Shown piece after piece: positions 28,201-39,986 of a DNA stretch of 64,000 bases. The notes beneath the pieces were generated by a model. The model was not told the origin of the DNA. It saw only the letters and a list, made by a program, of their open reading frames with translations, and made no database searches. Position numbers and translations under genes: made by a program. The number at the start of each line of letters is the position of its first letter. Within the stretch, counting starts at the first letter, position 1. Origin of the DNA: Leucoraja ocellata (lineage: Eukaryota); NCBI GenBank assembly GCA_036785375.1, contig JAWMAR010000053.1:6758001-6822000 (forward strand), given 5' to 3'.

Positions 28201-31200
28201 GACGGAAAGTCGACAATTTCCCAAAGCTTGGGTTAGCACTGCTGCAAATCTGATAACATTGTTGCAATGCATTTAGCTTTTCAAGCATTTTGTGTGTTAG
28301 GTTTATCCAACAGATGAACATAGTTGAAATAAAGGTCTAAGTTTAATGCATTGAGAAAGTATTTAGAAATTCAGCATCATTCCCCAAAACACACCAACAG
28401 TCGTTGGAACGGCATGAGAACTTTTTAATAAGTTAGTTTATAATTCAATTTATACGTGAATTTGCAACGCTAAACTATTGGAATCCCAGGCATTTTTATT
28501 TCCAAGTAATGTTTGAACCGGAATGATAATAACATCAACTAATATTTTTTCGAAAAGTCAATGTATGGTATCACAGTTTGCATATGTTCGGACTCAGACG
28601 AGGCCTACACATTTTGGTGTCTGTGTATATCAATGTGCAGCCAGCCCATGATGGAAGACAAAGAGTCGGCAGAAAGGTTACAGTTATTATCCTGATTGCA
28701 CTTGGAGTTGTGGTAGCAAGTGGGCAATGTATTACTTCACGAGTTCGTTTCTAGCACACTTAATAGTGCAATCCACGTAATATTATGCAAATATATACCA
28801 ATCCTACGAGAATTGATTTCGGTGGGAGCTTTCAACATTTAATTCGATATTTTATATGCAGTGGCAATGGTGGAAACTTTACTTCCGTGTCTCCTAATCT
28901 AAAGTATTTTCTCTCATAAAACCCGTCTTCCTGAAATGGAAAAGGCCCCAGACAAAGGCAGCACTTCTCTTTTCATTACCCAGTTAACAGGAACACAGGA
29001 AAATGTATGTAACATCTGGGCTACAGGCACCTATTTTTTTATTTTATTTGCTCGCAAGAAACATGAAGCCCAGGAACAAGGGCATAAACAGTCGTTTTAC
29101 CACCAGGAAATATTTCAATATTGCCCTCGAATTATTTTAATGTTGTTAACAATGTCGCTTCGTAGTTTGCAGTGCAATTCTCATTTACATACGTGGTTTG
29201 AAACAAAACACGATTTGAATTTCATAGGCACAGTGTAACAATCCTGAGAACGGCTCGTTCACCATTTATTATCTCAACATATTTGTCCCGTGAAACATTG
29301 TTGATGAATCCCCCAAAAAAGGTGTGCTGTGTCAAATAATTGCATTTAAGCGATTCATATTTATTTTGAAATTGATATGTTTCAATAAACGGTTTTAAAA
29401 GATTCATGAAAATTTCCCGGCGCATGCTTAATTAATGGCAGCCCAAACAAATGGCGGGATTGGAAGAAACTGCCTGTTTTCAGCCCACCCACGCCCTGAT
29501 TTGCTGGAAAGAAAATTAAAGAAGCTGCAACTCATTTGCTCTCGTTTACATCGTCTGCTAAATGCTCAGGCACAGGTACAGAGTTTCCCTTAAAGTCCTC
29601 ATTCATTAACAATCATAACTTAATTACATTGCAACATTGAAATTAATTAAAAACTTGAATCCATCTTTTTTAATAAATGGAACCGTTCGGACCCGGCTGT
29701 GATGTGGTCCATAAAACGTCCATGAAATTATCCCCTTTGGAAGAGGCTGTTACTTCTTTGCTTCATTCTTGAATATCGATTATTATTGCTACATATCTTA
29801 GGAAATATTAATTTCTAAACTGTTCGGCAATAATTGAATCGCCGCCAAACGGTAGGACAATAAATTAACAAATGAAATAGATCATGTCATAAGCGATCAA
29901 ATAACTATATACTTACCGAAAGGTTGCTTACTCTTTCTGGCGATATAAGTGAATACTTTGAAATTAGCTGGTAAAACACTTCCGTAGGGGGGGCAGCTAA
30001 TATTGTTTTTAATCAAAAAAATGATCCATTGCGCATGAAAAATGGATAATTGAGGAAATACCTCCCAACCGGGAAGTATTAAATGGCTAATAATCAAATC
30101 AGAAGCCAACAGATTGAAAGTGGGAGAGAAAAACCACGGGGTGTCTTAATGTCATGAAGTATTTCTATTGGGCACAGTTTCCGTTTTAATATGGAGAGAA
30201 AATATGTTTCGTTTAGTCTGGATTCGATGTGCTTATATTCCCATCGTGTCAAAATATCGAAGTGTTCGTCAGACCATTTTAACAATCAAAAATTCAAGTT
30301 GATAGGTAAACTAAATATACGGATAATAATGAGCTGGCATGTATACTAATGGTGTAATGTTGGTGCAATATTAATGCTTTGTTTGGAAGCCGTTGAGTTT
30401 GAAGCTTTGTACCTTGCGATTTGGCTGTTTTACACTTGATACTTCCCAGTTCCGCGGCTCGTGTAGCAGGTTAATATTGTACATCCGAATTAAAAAGCTA
30501 GTGTATAAATATTGTAACATTTAGAAATGGGTCCTTCAGAAATTACGTTACTGAACTAAAATGACAGCAATAAATCAATTTTATTTAAAAAAAAATGAAG
30601 CGCATTTCTTTCTTATTTTGTTCAGTGCGGGTCTTTAAAAGACCCAGGGAAAATACAAATATGTAATTTTATTGTTTATTGCTCATGTGTTTTATTTCTT
30701 TAATTTGTTTGACACCATTTGCTTACTTGTTTTATTATACGCACCAGATTCACCTGTAATTTCAGTTGGGTTCAATAGGCAACAGAGTAATGCAGCCGGG
30801 GTAAGCGCAGTCTTGAAAATCAGAGCAGCACACAATATTGAAGCGTGGCCAGAATGTAAATAATTCGCGCACCTACTCCTGACTAAAATCCGCAGCCATA
30901 GTTATCGTATATCCCCAACACGCTCTGCTTTCCAAAGATGAATGATTAAGTCTGCATCTTGATAAGATCCGCATACACCTTACAATTAATCAGCTTACCG
31001 GCTCCACCTTTATAATTCAATAAGTAAAGAACATGACATGTATACAAAAGAACATTTGTTTCGACATTCGTTTTATTATTACTCAATTTACATAGGTAGA
31101 GTGCATGCATAATATTTATATATTTAAGATTAAAATACGAATGTTCCATTCTAAATACCTGTTGTACTTACATTCTCAAAATGCAGAATATCTGCTTGTT

Positions 31201-31637
31201 ACTCAAGTGAAGAGTCACGGAGCAATTTAAACAAACAAGAAACGAAATAGCTACAAATGTCATTTGAAACTATTCAATGGTGATGAGATGGGGCTGGTAT
31301 GTCATCCACGGACAGCAAGATACAGGCTACCGAAAGTCTTTTTTTTTTTTTGCCCGGCGTTCAATTTCCTGCTACAACAATATTTCACGAGGTATCCATA
31401 GTTTGCATCTCAGTCCCTTTATGCCGCTGAGGTTAAACTAAACCAACACGCCCTGGACTAGTGGCAGTGGCAATGTAATGGTAGATTGCGGTTTTATATG
31501 ACAGCACATCAAAGGAGCACCTTTCCATTAAAACAATGGATATTCTTGATCTACATGCTTTCTGCGAGCAAGCTTAATTACCATTAAAAAAAGTTTAATT
31601 CACGACCTTGAAACTCACATTTAAACTTTACTTTGGT

Positions 31638-31876
31638 CTAAAAGAGTGAGAGCGTTTGTTCGCGCATAACAAGTCTTTTCTTTTTCATGCGCCGGTTTTG
31701 AAACCAGATTTTTACTTGTTGGTCGCTCAGGTTTAGCCTGTCGGACAATTCCTTTCTCTTCTGTCGGTTGATAAACTCGTTCGCGAGGAATTCATTTTCA
31801 AGTTCAGCTATCTGTTGCTTTGTGTAGGGCTTGCGTTTCCTCCTTGACCTCACTTGGGTCGGGCACCAGGAGAGCC
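31638..31876 (-). CDS. hoxd12: Hoxd12 exon 2 (homeodomain)
   Basis: (G)[73 protein letters not shown] is the diagnostic Hoxd12 homeodomain. Acceptor TTTGCAG| at 31877/31876. Confidence 0.96.
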
Positions 31877-32567
31877 CTGCAAATCGAAATTGGAAAAAAA
31901 CGTTGAAGACATTGTAGCACTTTTACCCACGTTATCATCGCAAGCTAGTCGATACTTTAATGTGTTTGTTAGTTCGCACGTTAACATTGTCAACATTGCA
32001 GGATTCACAATTTGGTTATTATTCGAGACCATATTATTTACTTTGCTGGCCTTTACTCGTACAACCAACAGCCAACACTGCGAAGCAGTTTAAGTATTCC
32101 CCAAGCCAAATAGAATAAACACAAATATTTAAACATGGCATCCGATCATCTAAATATTCTGTCATCGTCAACGCACAAAACTAACTCATTTAAATCCTAG
32201 CAAAGAGATCTTTTGATTTGTTTTGGCTTCCAAATAAAATTCAAAACAAAATCAGATATATGCTGTGTTCTCTTTGTCGTTTAAGTTGACTAACGTTTAA
32301 AGTAAAAACAAAAGACGTTGTAATTATACGCTTTAGGTACAATAACTAGTTATCACCTATGGTTTGATCTACGTTTTGTATTATCTCGTAATGTAATTAC
32401 AATAATTATTTCATGGTGATTTTGAATGCTTTTAGCATATTTCTTCCAAGATCACCGATGTTCAACAAATGAAATTCACGTGAAGATGACAGGTAGCACT
32501 TTGAACGAGGACGGATACGGCATTTTTGTCAAACGGTTATGGTTTTAATACTGCACTGATACTGTAC

Positions 32568-33147
32568 CATCGGAGGATCTGGTGCACACTGGCGTTACTG
32601 ATGACTGTAATGACATATTGAGGCTCACGCATTGCTTGACGCCTTCATTTACAGAGGGAGAGTTGGAATTCAATTCAAAGCCTTGATTATGTAAGGAGGA
32701 GCCATGGAGAGATGTTTCCACGTTTGGGTACTCGTACTTAGTAGGGTTGATGTTGACTGAAGAAGGGATACTGGTATCACTTGGGTAGGACTGACTGTGT
32801 CTGCATCTCTCCTCCAGTTTTCGGCTGCTGTCTTGGAAGTAGTACTTGGTGGGCTCTTCGCCGGCCGCTGCTTTGTCTGATCCATGCCTATTGATGCTGA
32901 TGGAGACAGAATTGCTGAGATAGGACTGAGAGTAGCCGCTGAAGGCGCGGCTCTGCGGCGGCGATGCGCATGGACTCGAAGTCCACGGGAGCGAGCACAC
33001 CTCCCGGCGGGTGTAAGAGAGTGCGGGTGACAGACTCGCCAGTTGAGCCGCATTCGGACGCAGGTTGGGAAAGTAGAAAGGCTCCGGGCTGGCAAAATTT
33101 AACAGGGAGCCGACATAGCCTGAATTTAGCAGATTGTGCTCGCACAT
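32568..33147 (-). CDS. hoxd12: Hoxd12 exon 1
   Basis: [32 protein letters not shown], the Hox12 N-terminus. Donor GATG|GTACA at 32568/32567. Spliced CDS 819 nt, 272 aa. Confidence 0.96.
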
Positions 33148-35917
33148 TTCCGAGAAGCGCGATCAGATCTTCTCTGTCTCCTATTTAGCTTCCAGACAGA
33201 GATAAATGAAAGGCGCTCGGCGATTGGCTCCTGGAGGGTCACAAGACAAGCGGAAGCAGCTTTTTCTGGCACCGCCTACGTCCCAATACAACTCGCAACT
33301 GAAATAGCCAAGTCCATGTCCATGTGTACTTGCCGGCTGTGAGGGCGACGCCGCTCGCTGAAGGCAACGGGGTGCAAATGTAGTTCAGAAAAACACTTTA
33401 ACGCGATCATTCTGACATAAAAACACATATATATTTCACAGAATAAATGCTATTCTGGTTACATTCTATATTTGATATACACATATTGCATTTGGTTTAA
33501 AACCGAAATAATCCCACTTTCTCGAAAGTATTGCAATTTGACGATTTGGCCATTAAAGAAAATAGCATTAAAGAACATTGAAGATATGATGCATTCCTAG
33601 AGATAATATATTATTCTACAATATTATATAATAGCGATATCTATTTAACTTTTAACATTACAACCGAAAATTTCTGGACAATTTATATTTGACACGATTC
33701 TTTTATTCGTGTGTTAGTGAGTATTTTTTGGACCGTCCAAATCCCATGATGACCGCATCTAAGTGTAAATCTTGCATACTACATATTTTGTTTTGTTTCC
33801 GTGTGCTCGCAAAAGGACGAATAAACGAAGACTAGGTTCAAAAGTCAGACACGTGAACGACAATCTAAATCTTCTAACGCGATTAGAAAATAAATTCCGT
33901 GCCGAATTTAGGGATGAGTTCAAGAAAACTAATACGCCAGTTTTTTTAAATAAAACTGAATACAATGTGCAAAATCTGGTTTGGGGATTTAGCAAGAATA
34001 TACACGTTAATCATGAAATTAAACAAAACTCTACATCACCGTTGTTTTTGCCGGAAGTCGATCCCTCAACCCCAGCGTTAAATGCAACATATTAAGTAAT
34101 TTGATTTTTAAAAATCAACCAATTTATTAGGTTAAAGTTTACAATGTATTTGCAGGGGGAAGGTAAAATGGCTCTGCTCCCAGTGTGTCCACATTTAAGC
34201 AGAAAGGGAGAGTGCAGTTCTCCTGCGCCTAATATTTACGACTGGGTTTAAATTACGGATCTTAAATTCCATTAGAATTTTGTGTTTACAATGCGTGTAT
34301 TTAAATAGAATACAGTATATTGAATTTAATCTCTCTTTAATTTGAAGGTTTTTAGTAGAGAAAAAAAACACAAATGTGTCTGAAGATTGGTATCGGTAAA
34401 ATCGAGCACCGTAAACTTTATTTTAAATCTAAACGAAAGCAAATGGTGCAATACGTCTGCTGTTGCAAATCCCAATGAGTTTGCCGACACTGACATCAAA
34501 ATACACGTGTCTTGCTGGTTTTGTTTTTTTTATTTCAAATGTAGCTGATTTTTTTTTACAACATCATGCGATGCATCAAAACTCTATATGATTCTATATA
34601 ATATTATCATGTCACTTTTTCATTTACTAACAATAATGCAAACGTAACAACAGTAATCCAAAGGCGCATATGGTTATCGACACAAACAATTTATTCTGTC
34701 GAATATGAGAACAAGATAATCCAAACTCACTCCTGGTTTCTAAAGTAACACAACTAACGTCTATTGCAGAAACACAATAGTCAGTTTTTGTTTCTACTAT
34801 CCATGATCGCAAGTCTATAATTTAACAACGTGTTTTACTCTTTAAGATGAATACTTACCTGCAACTTGACAAAAAATGATCCTTCTCAGCTAAAATCAGG
34901 AGCAGTAAAATCAAAGCAGACACCGCCACCACATCCTCACCGGAAGGAAAAACGACTGTTTGTCCCTTGTCATTTTATGGTCTCACCATTCCCTACAGAA
35001 GTCCAGAAAAGATTTACTTTAGTAAGACGTCAAAATCTAAAAGGAATTACAAACAAAGGCGCTTGACCGAAGCCGGATCTCTACCGAACCTTCGAAAATC
35101 TTCAAATTACCCGAAAATTAAACTGTGGCTCAGTTCAAGGTCAATGTCGAACGGAATCAAATCGCTGTTTTGTTTATTGAGAATATACTTACAATGTTTA
35201 AGATCAATATGTGTTTTGCCATTTTGTTTGGTAGCTGGTGTCAGGTTGCACACAATGAAATTTTCATTTGATTTAATGTAACCAAGGAATGCAACTGGGT
35301 CACGAATTCTCACTTTGCACTCTCTTCTACAAAAGCTGCTTTATTGTTAATGACGTTTCTCAAACCGCTTGCACGATCCCGGTTAACCTTTACGTTCTGT
35401 TTATTAGATGATATCGCTACGCGTTGAAAAATACTGAAGAATCACAGAACGGGGACATTTCTATGTTTTACATTTCACAGCAACTATCGGTGCAGAAACT
35501 AAGGCAGGTTTACTTACAACATAACGCCATGACCGGGATGTGCTTTGTTTTCCGGGCATCAGGGGCATGGCACAAAATTGACCTAGATATAGAAATACCA
35601 CATTATGCATAACTTCGTGAAACGCGCTAAATTTAAATTATGTGAAATATTAGACCTCGGTTATTAACACATTGCGCTCCGCCTTCGAAAATCTCACATA
35701 TTAGTTTATTCAAAAACTTATTTTGTCGTATCTATCTTGAAAACAAACCCGTTGCCTTCTGCATTGCACATCATTAAGAGCATGGAAGTAAAACTGAATA
35801 GTTGGCCCAATTCTCACAATGGTCTGCAACATTAAAGTTCGACCGACCGGCCGACCATCTTGAAGCCCGCGCTTCGGTTGCAACAACTGTGCTGCCCCAT
35901 GTTTTACAGCGGTTTAG

Positions 35918-35931
35918 CCAGCAGATGGCGA
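35918..35931 (+). promoter_or_regulatory. Candidate CTCF site between Hoxd12 and Hoxd13
   Basis: tagCCAGCAGATGGCGA is a near-perfect CTCF core. Confidence 0.75.
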
Positions 35932-35978
35932 ACTAGTTCTGTGATCAGGTCAGACTTTATTATTCATGATGCTAAATA

Positions 35979-36015
35979 AAGTCAAGGTCAAAGACTATAA
36001 CCATCGTCAAGGTCA
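35979..36015 (+). promoter_or_regulatory. Paired extended nuclear-receptor half sites (TCAAGGTCA x2; DR0-like AAGTCA-AGGTCA)
   Basis: TCAAGGTCA at 35982-35990 and 36007-36015, with an extra AGGTCA at 35947-35952. Confidence 0.55.
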
Positions 36016-38550
36016 ATGGTAAATAGAAATCTGACGTCAGAGAGCCGAGCAACCCCCCTCCCAAAATTATATTTTAATGTCCCAAAGTTTCAAAAAAAAG
36101 AGGGTGTAAAGTCAACGTATGCGGACAACCAAAGATGACGGAGTTTTAATTTAACACGAGAAAGCATGAATCTTTTAAATTTGTTCTTACGGTTGACCAA
36201 CAATACTTATCACAATGCCACAGGAATATGGTTTGCAATTGTTAGCAGCTGGTAAATAAAGATGGCTGGGTCAACAGCATTATCACCTACTAAGTTCGTG
36301 CTCATATAAAAGCAATGAATCTCACTTAATTCTAAATTTCATCACGTAATATGTCTATTTTCAAAACTAGGAACTCATGTATCGCCCCCCCCCTCCCCAC
36401 TTCCGTGCCACTATATTATGCTCCCCTTATTTTTTCCCTTCAAGGGGCGCGGGCATACCCTGGCAATGTTTTGGCTGCTTTCAACACGTAATTCATATCA
36501 TCATGTTTTTGTATTATTTATGCAGGGCAGCTAACAGCAATTGTACAATACATACTTTCCTTGCCCTTTTGGAGGAGGGGTGGGGGGGGGGGGGAGATAA
36601 TTTTCTTTCCAAATGTTTCAGTATAAATTCTGGAGAAATTAAATTAGCTGGATGGTGTCGACATTTAATTACAAATAATAAACGGGGGGGAATATCATTG
36701 CGAATATTTTGGAAAGGTTTATTGTAATTGCTTCTGATATCCACATGCCATTTCAATTTATTCACCCACCAAAAACATTTGTGGCGATCTTTACACAATG
36801 TTGGATGGCTGATGTGAAATTAATGTTACTTTGTTTTGAATTAATCGGCAAATGCGAAAATGAGGTGGTGCAATTGATTAAGATATTTTAAGATCTCATT
36901 GGATTTCATTCGAGTGCACATACAATTACTATTTTGAAATTTACTCGTCATGTTTTGCTATTGCTGTCTAATTATCTTATTTGTTATTTTCTTAAAGCTC
37001 AGCAACCTGGATCTACTGCATATTTCTAGAAGCTCACATTATGTTTACATAAATACCCAGGAAGCAAATATTGGACAGGCTGAAGTGTCTATTTAAAAAA
37101 CAAAACCATTTCAACAGCAACAGTTCTAATTCCTTTAAATTTATGAATGCAACAATATGTATTTATTCAATTTTTATTTGAATGGCGTCGAAAAAAGCGC
37201 AACATTGCGGTGAATTCTGAAACGTACATCAGAGCATTGTACAGTCTAATATGACACACGTTGATGTGGTTAGAAAAAACGAATTAATTTACATGAAATA
37301 TAAAACTTGGAGACAGTTGAAGTGCGATTTGTTTTAATTTTTTTTACATACCATAGATAAATCCATGTAAGAAAACTACCAAGGTCAATTTTAATTCGTC
37401 CCGTTAAAGGACGGAGGGAAATATGAACAAGGCTTATTTGAAAAATATACATAAACTACAGGAATGATTTTCACTATTTACTCATATAGTCATCGCGATT
37501 ACAATAAAGAAGTAATTTAAGTACACAGCGTAACAAGTTATTAATTAGAAAACAGCTGAACATGGTTCATTTAAAGACTCCGCATTCAAAACGTCAATGG
37601 AGCGTTCAAATATATTAGCTTTTGTTTTGAAAATAACAGTTCAAAGAACAAAATATTCAAAAGGCAGAACAAAGTATTTCATATTTTAATTAATAACATA
37701 TAGATACATTAAGACGTTTAAACTGGACAAATATTTCACTTGAAACTGAAATTTCTCTACAATGTCGACATCTGCTCCGCGAAATATGTTACTGCAGAAT
37801 TTTCTGATGTAAATCAACAGAAGGCGTTTTTTTTGGTATATGGGGTAAATAATTTGTTATGTACATGATTGTAAATTCGCTACCGATTAATATAATAAGA
37901 TAGTACGGTGTTCGCCGCACTTAGTATGCATGTATCTCTATTGCAAACAACTTCTTACGGCCATAGACTTAAAATGGCATTTTACCACTATATTTTCAAT
38001 CATTAAATGATTGTTGCTAGCATATGCGATTACCATTTGAACCCATTCACAATGCACCCATGGTACATCTTGCAAAACATGACAAAAATTAAAATGTAAA
38101 TAAATATCGCCGTGCATCAAGAAGGCTAAGGTCAAACTTTACTTAATGTCAGCTTTTAGGTGTAAATGTGTTATCGCTTGTAGTCGCCATTTTATCTCTA
38201 GATTGTGAAACCTTTGAATCCACAGAATGCTGTTAAATTATTTTGCAACTTTTGCAATGTGGCTCGTGAAAATGATCCAGCACGTTAAAGCAATACAAAT
38301 ATACGAATAACGAAGAGGGCGCGTTCTCAAGATGAGTGTATTATTTGTTCGCATGTGGTGATGAGTCACATCAAGCATTCTGGCAAAGTTTTTGCAAAAC
38401 ATCTCACAGAACTTGTCACTTCAAGGTTTTTTATGTTATAAATCCGAAGATGTTGCTTTAAAGTCTCCCACGTTCATGTAGCTTCCGTTTCTAAAAGACC
38501 ATTATGTATAATTTACAATGCGCCATTGTTGGTTAGTGATGTCGGTGCAA

Positions 38551-38801
38551 TCAAGGTATATTTTCTTTGACTTTGGAAACGACTTTTTTCTCCTTGACTC
38601 TTCTGTTCTGAAACCAAATGGTGACTTGTCTTTCGGTGAGGTTGGTGGCTGTAGATATCCTTCGTCTTTTTTCCTTGGTTATGAATTTGTTGGTGGCATA
38701 TTCTCGCTCGAGTTCTTTAAGCTGCGTTTTCGTATAGGGAACCCTTTTCTTCCTCCCTCGCCTGTAAATGTTTATATCTGTCTGATTGTGCATCACATCT
38801 C
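38551..38801 (-). CDS. hoxd13: Hoxd13 exon 2 (homeodomain)
   Basis: [65 protein letters not shown], paralogue 13. Acceptor CCCCCTCAG| at 38802/38801. Confidence 0.95.
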
Positions 38802-39171
38802 CTGAGGGGGAAAAATGCAAATTATAAGAACATAAACTTCAAGCGGCTGCAGTTGAAAGGGCCAGGAAAAGAAAAGGGAGGAGACAGAGGGAAGGTTACA
38901 AAGAAATAAAAATGACAACTCACAAACGTTTGTCTGTAGGGTACATTGGATAACTCATTTGAGTCATTTCAGCACTCGGTCAAACATACATTAATTCTGA
39001 TAAATGAACCCCATGCATTAATAATTTTAAATCTTGCAAATGATTTGAATAATAAAACAACACTAGACAATTCCTGAAAAGGTAAAATGAACTAAATGGA
39101 AGTTTCGTTTATTTTTCTTTATTTTACGTTAAAGTCGAACATATTTTCCAGCGCAAAATATTTCATGATAC

Positions 39172-39856
39172 CTGAAAGTGGCGATTTCCAAAAATGTGAA
39201 GACTGTGTCTGATCTTTAGGACAGTACACTTGACCATTCCAGCCATTAGTAAATGTCCAAGGCTGGTAACCCTCCATGGATAGTAAGGCTTCATGCCTTG
39301 GCTCTCCGTGGCCACTTATGGTAGGAACTACAGGAACGTCCAAATAACTAGATACCCGTTGATATGGATTAGGGTAACTCTGATAAAAAGCAAATTCCTT
39401 TGCCCGAGTTGATACATCGTCAGTGGGGACAGGACTGTTGGTCAACCCCGAAACGTCCATGTATTTATCCACTGGGTAGCCGGCTAAGGATGCATGAGCA
39501 CCAGGTTTCAATCCACTTTGTTGTATACCAACATTTCGACAACTGTAATAGCTGCTTCCAAAATGATAGCCGTAACTGAAGGCTGGATTTGGAGGGCTTG
39601 TAGGAGCTGGGCATGGGCTACATTGCTTAGCTGATTCAGAAATGACAGAATGCGTCCGATCTCCGCCTGAGTAAGCAGGTCCCGAAGATAATGAGTTGTG
39701 ATGTGCTCCAAATGCAGAGGGAGATAGAAAATTCCTGCATTGATTTGAAGGAACGTTCCCACCCAGTCCTTCCATCTCCGGCTTATTCGCGTCGTTTCTG
39801 CTGTGCAAGTATCTGATAGTATCAGTCCTCCAAGGGTCTGAAAGAAGAGCTGTCAT
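39172..39856 (-). CDS. hoxd13: Hoxd13 exon 1 (start at ATG 39856 or 39775)
   Basis: Hox13 motifs [56 protein letters not shown] and HFWKS. Donor TCAG|GTATC at 39172/39171. Spliced protein is 311 aa (first ATG) or 284 aa (second ATG). Confidence 0.92.
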
Positions 39857-39884
39857 ATCACGTCCCACAGCAAACTAAGTAGTG

Positions 39885-39986
39885 CTTTATAAAAGCAGGC
39901 TCGGCAGTGAGAAGAGGTGCTTATTTTCACTGATTAGAGTGCACTGCGCAAGTGAAACGCGATAGGTCGATCCCGACCACGTGACG
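39885..39986 (-). promoter_or_regulatory. Hoxd13 proximal promoter (E-box, CCTAT, TATA-like box)
   Basis: Minus-strand GTCACGTG at about 39978-39985, CCTAT at about 39962-39966 and TATAAAG at 39885-39891. Confidence 0.5.

Noticed and set aside
32670-33342. Overlapping alternative-frame and antisense ORFs on Hoxd12 exon 1 (similar ones on Hoxd9, Hoxd10 and Evx2 exon 3)
   Set aside because: Expected shadows of GC-rich coding sequence, with no independent coding signal.
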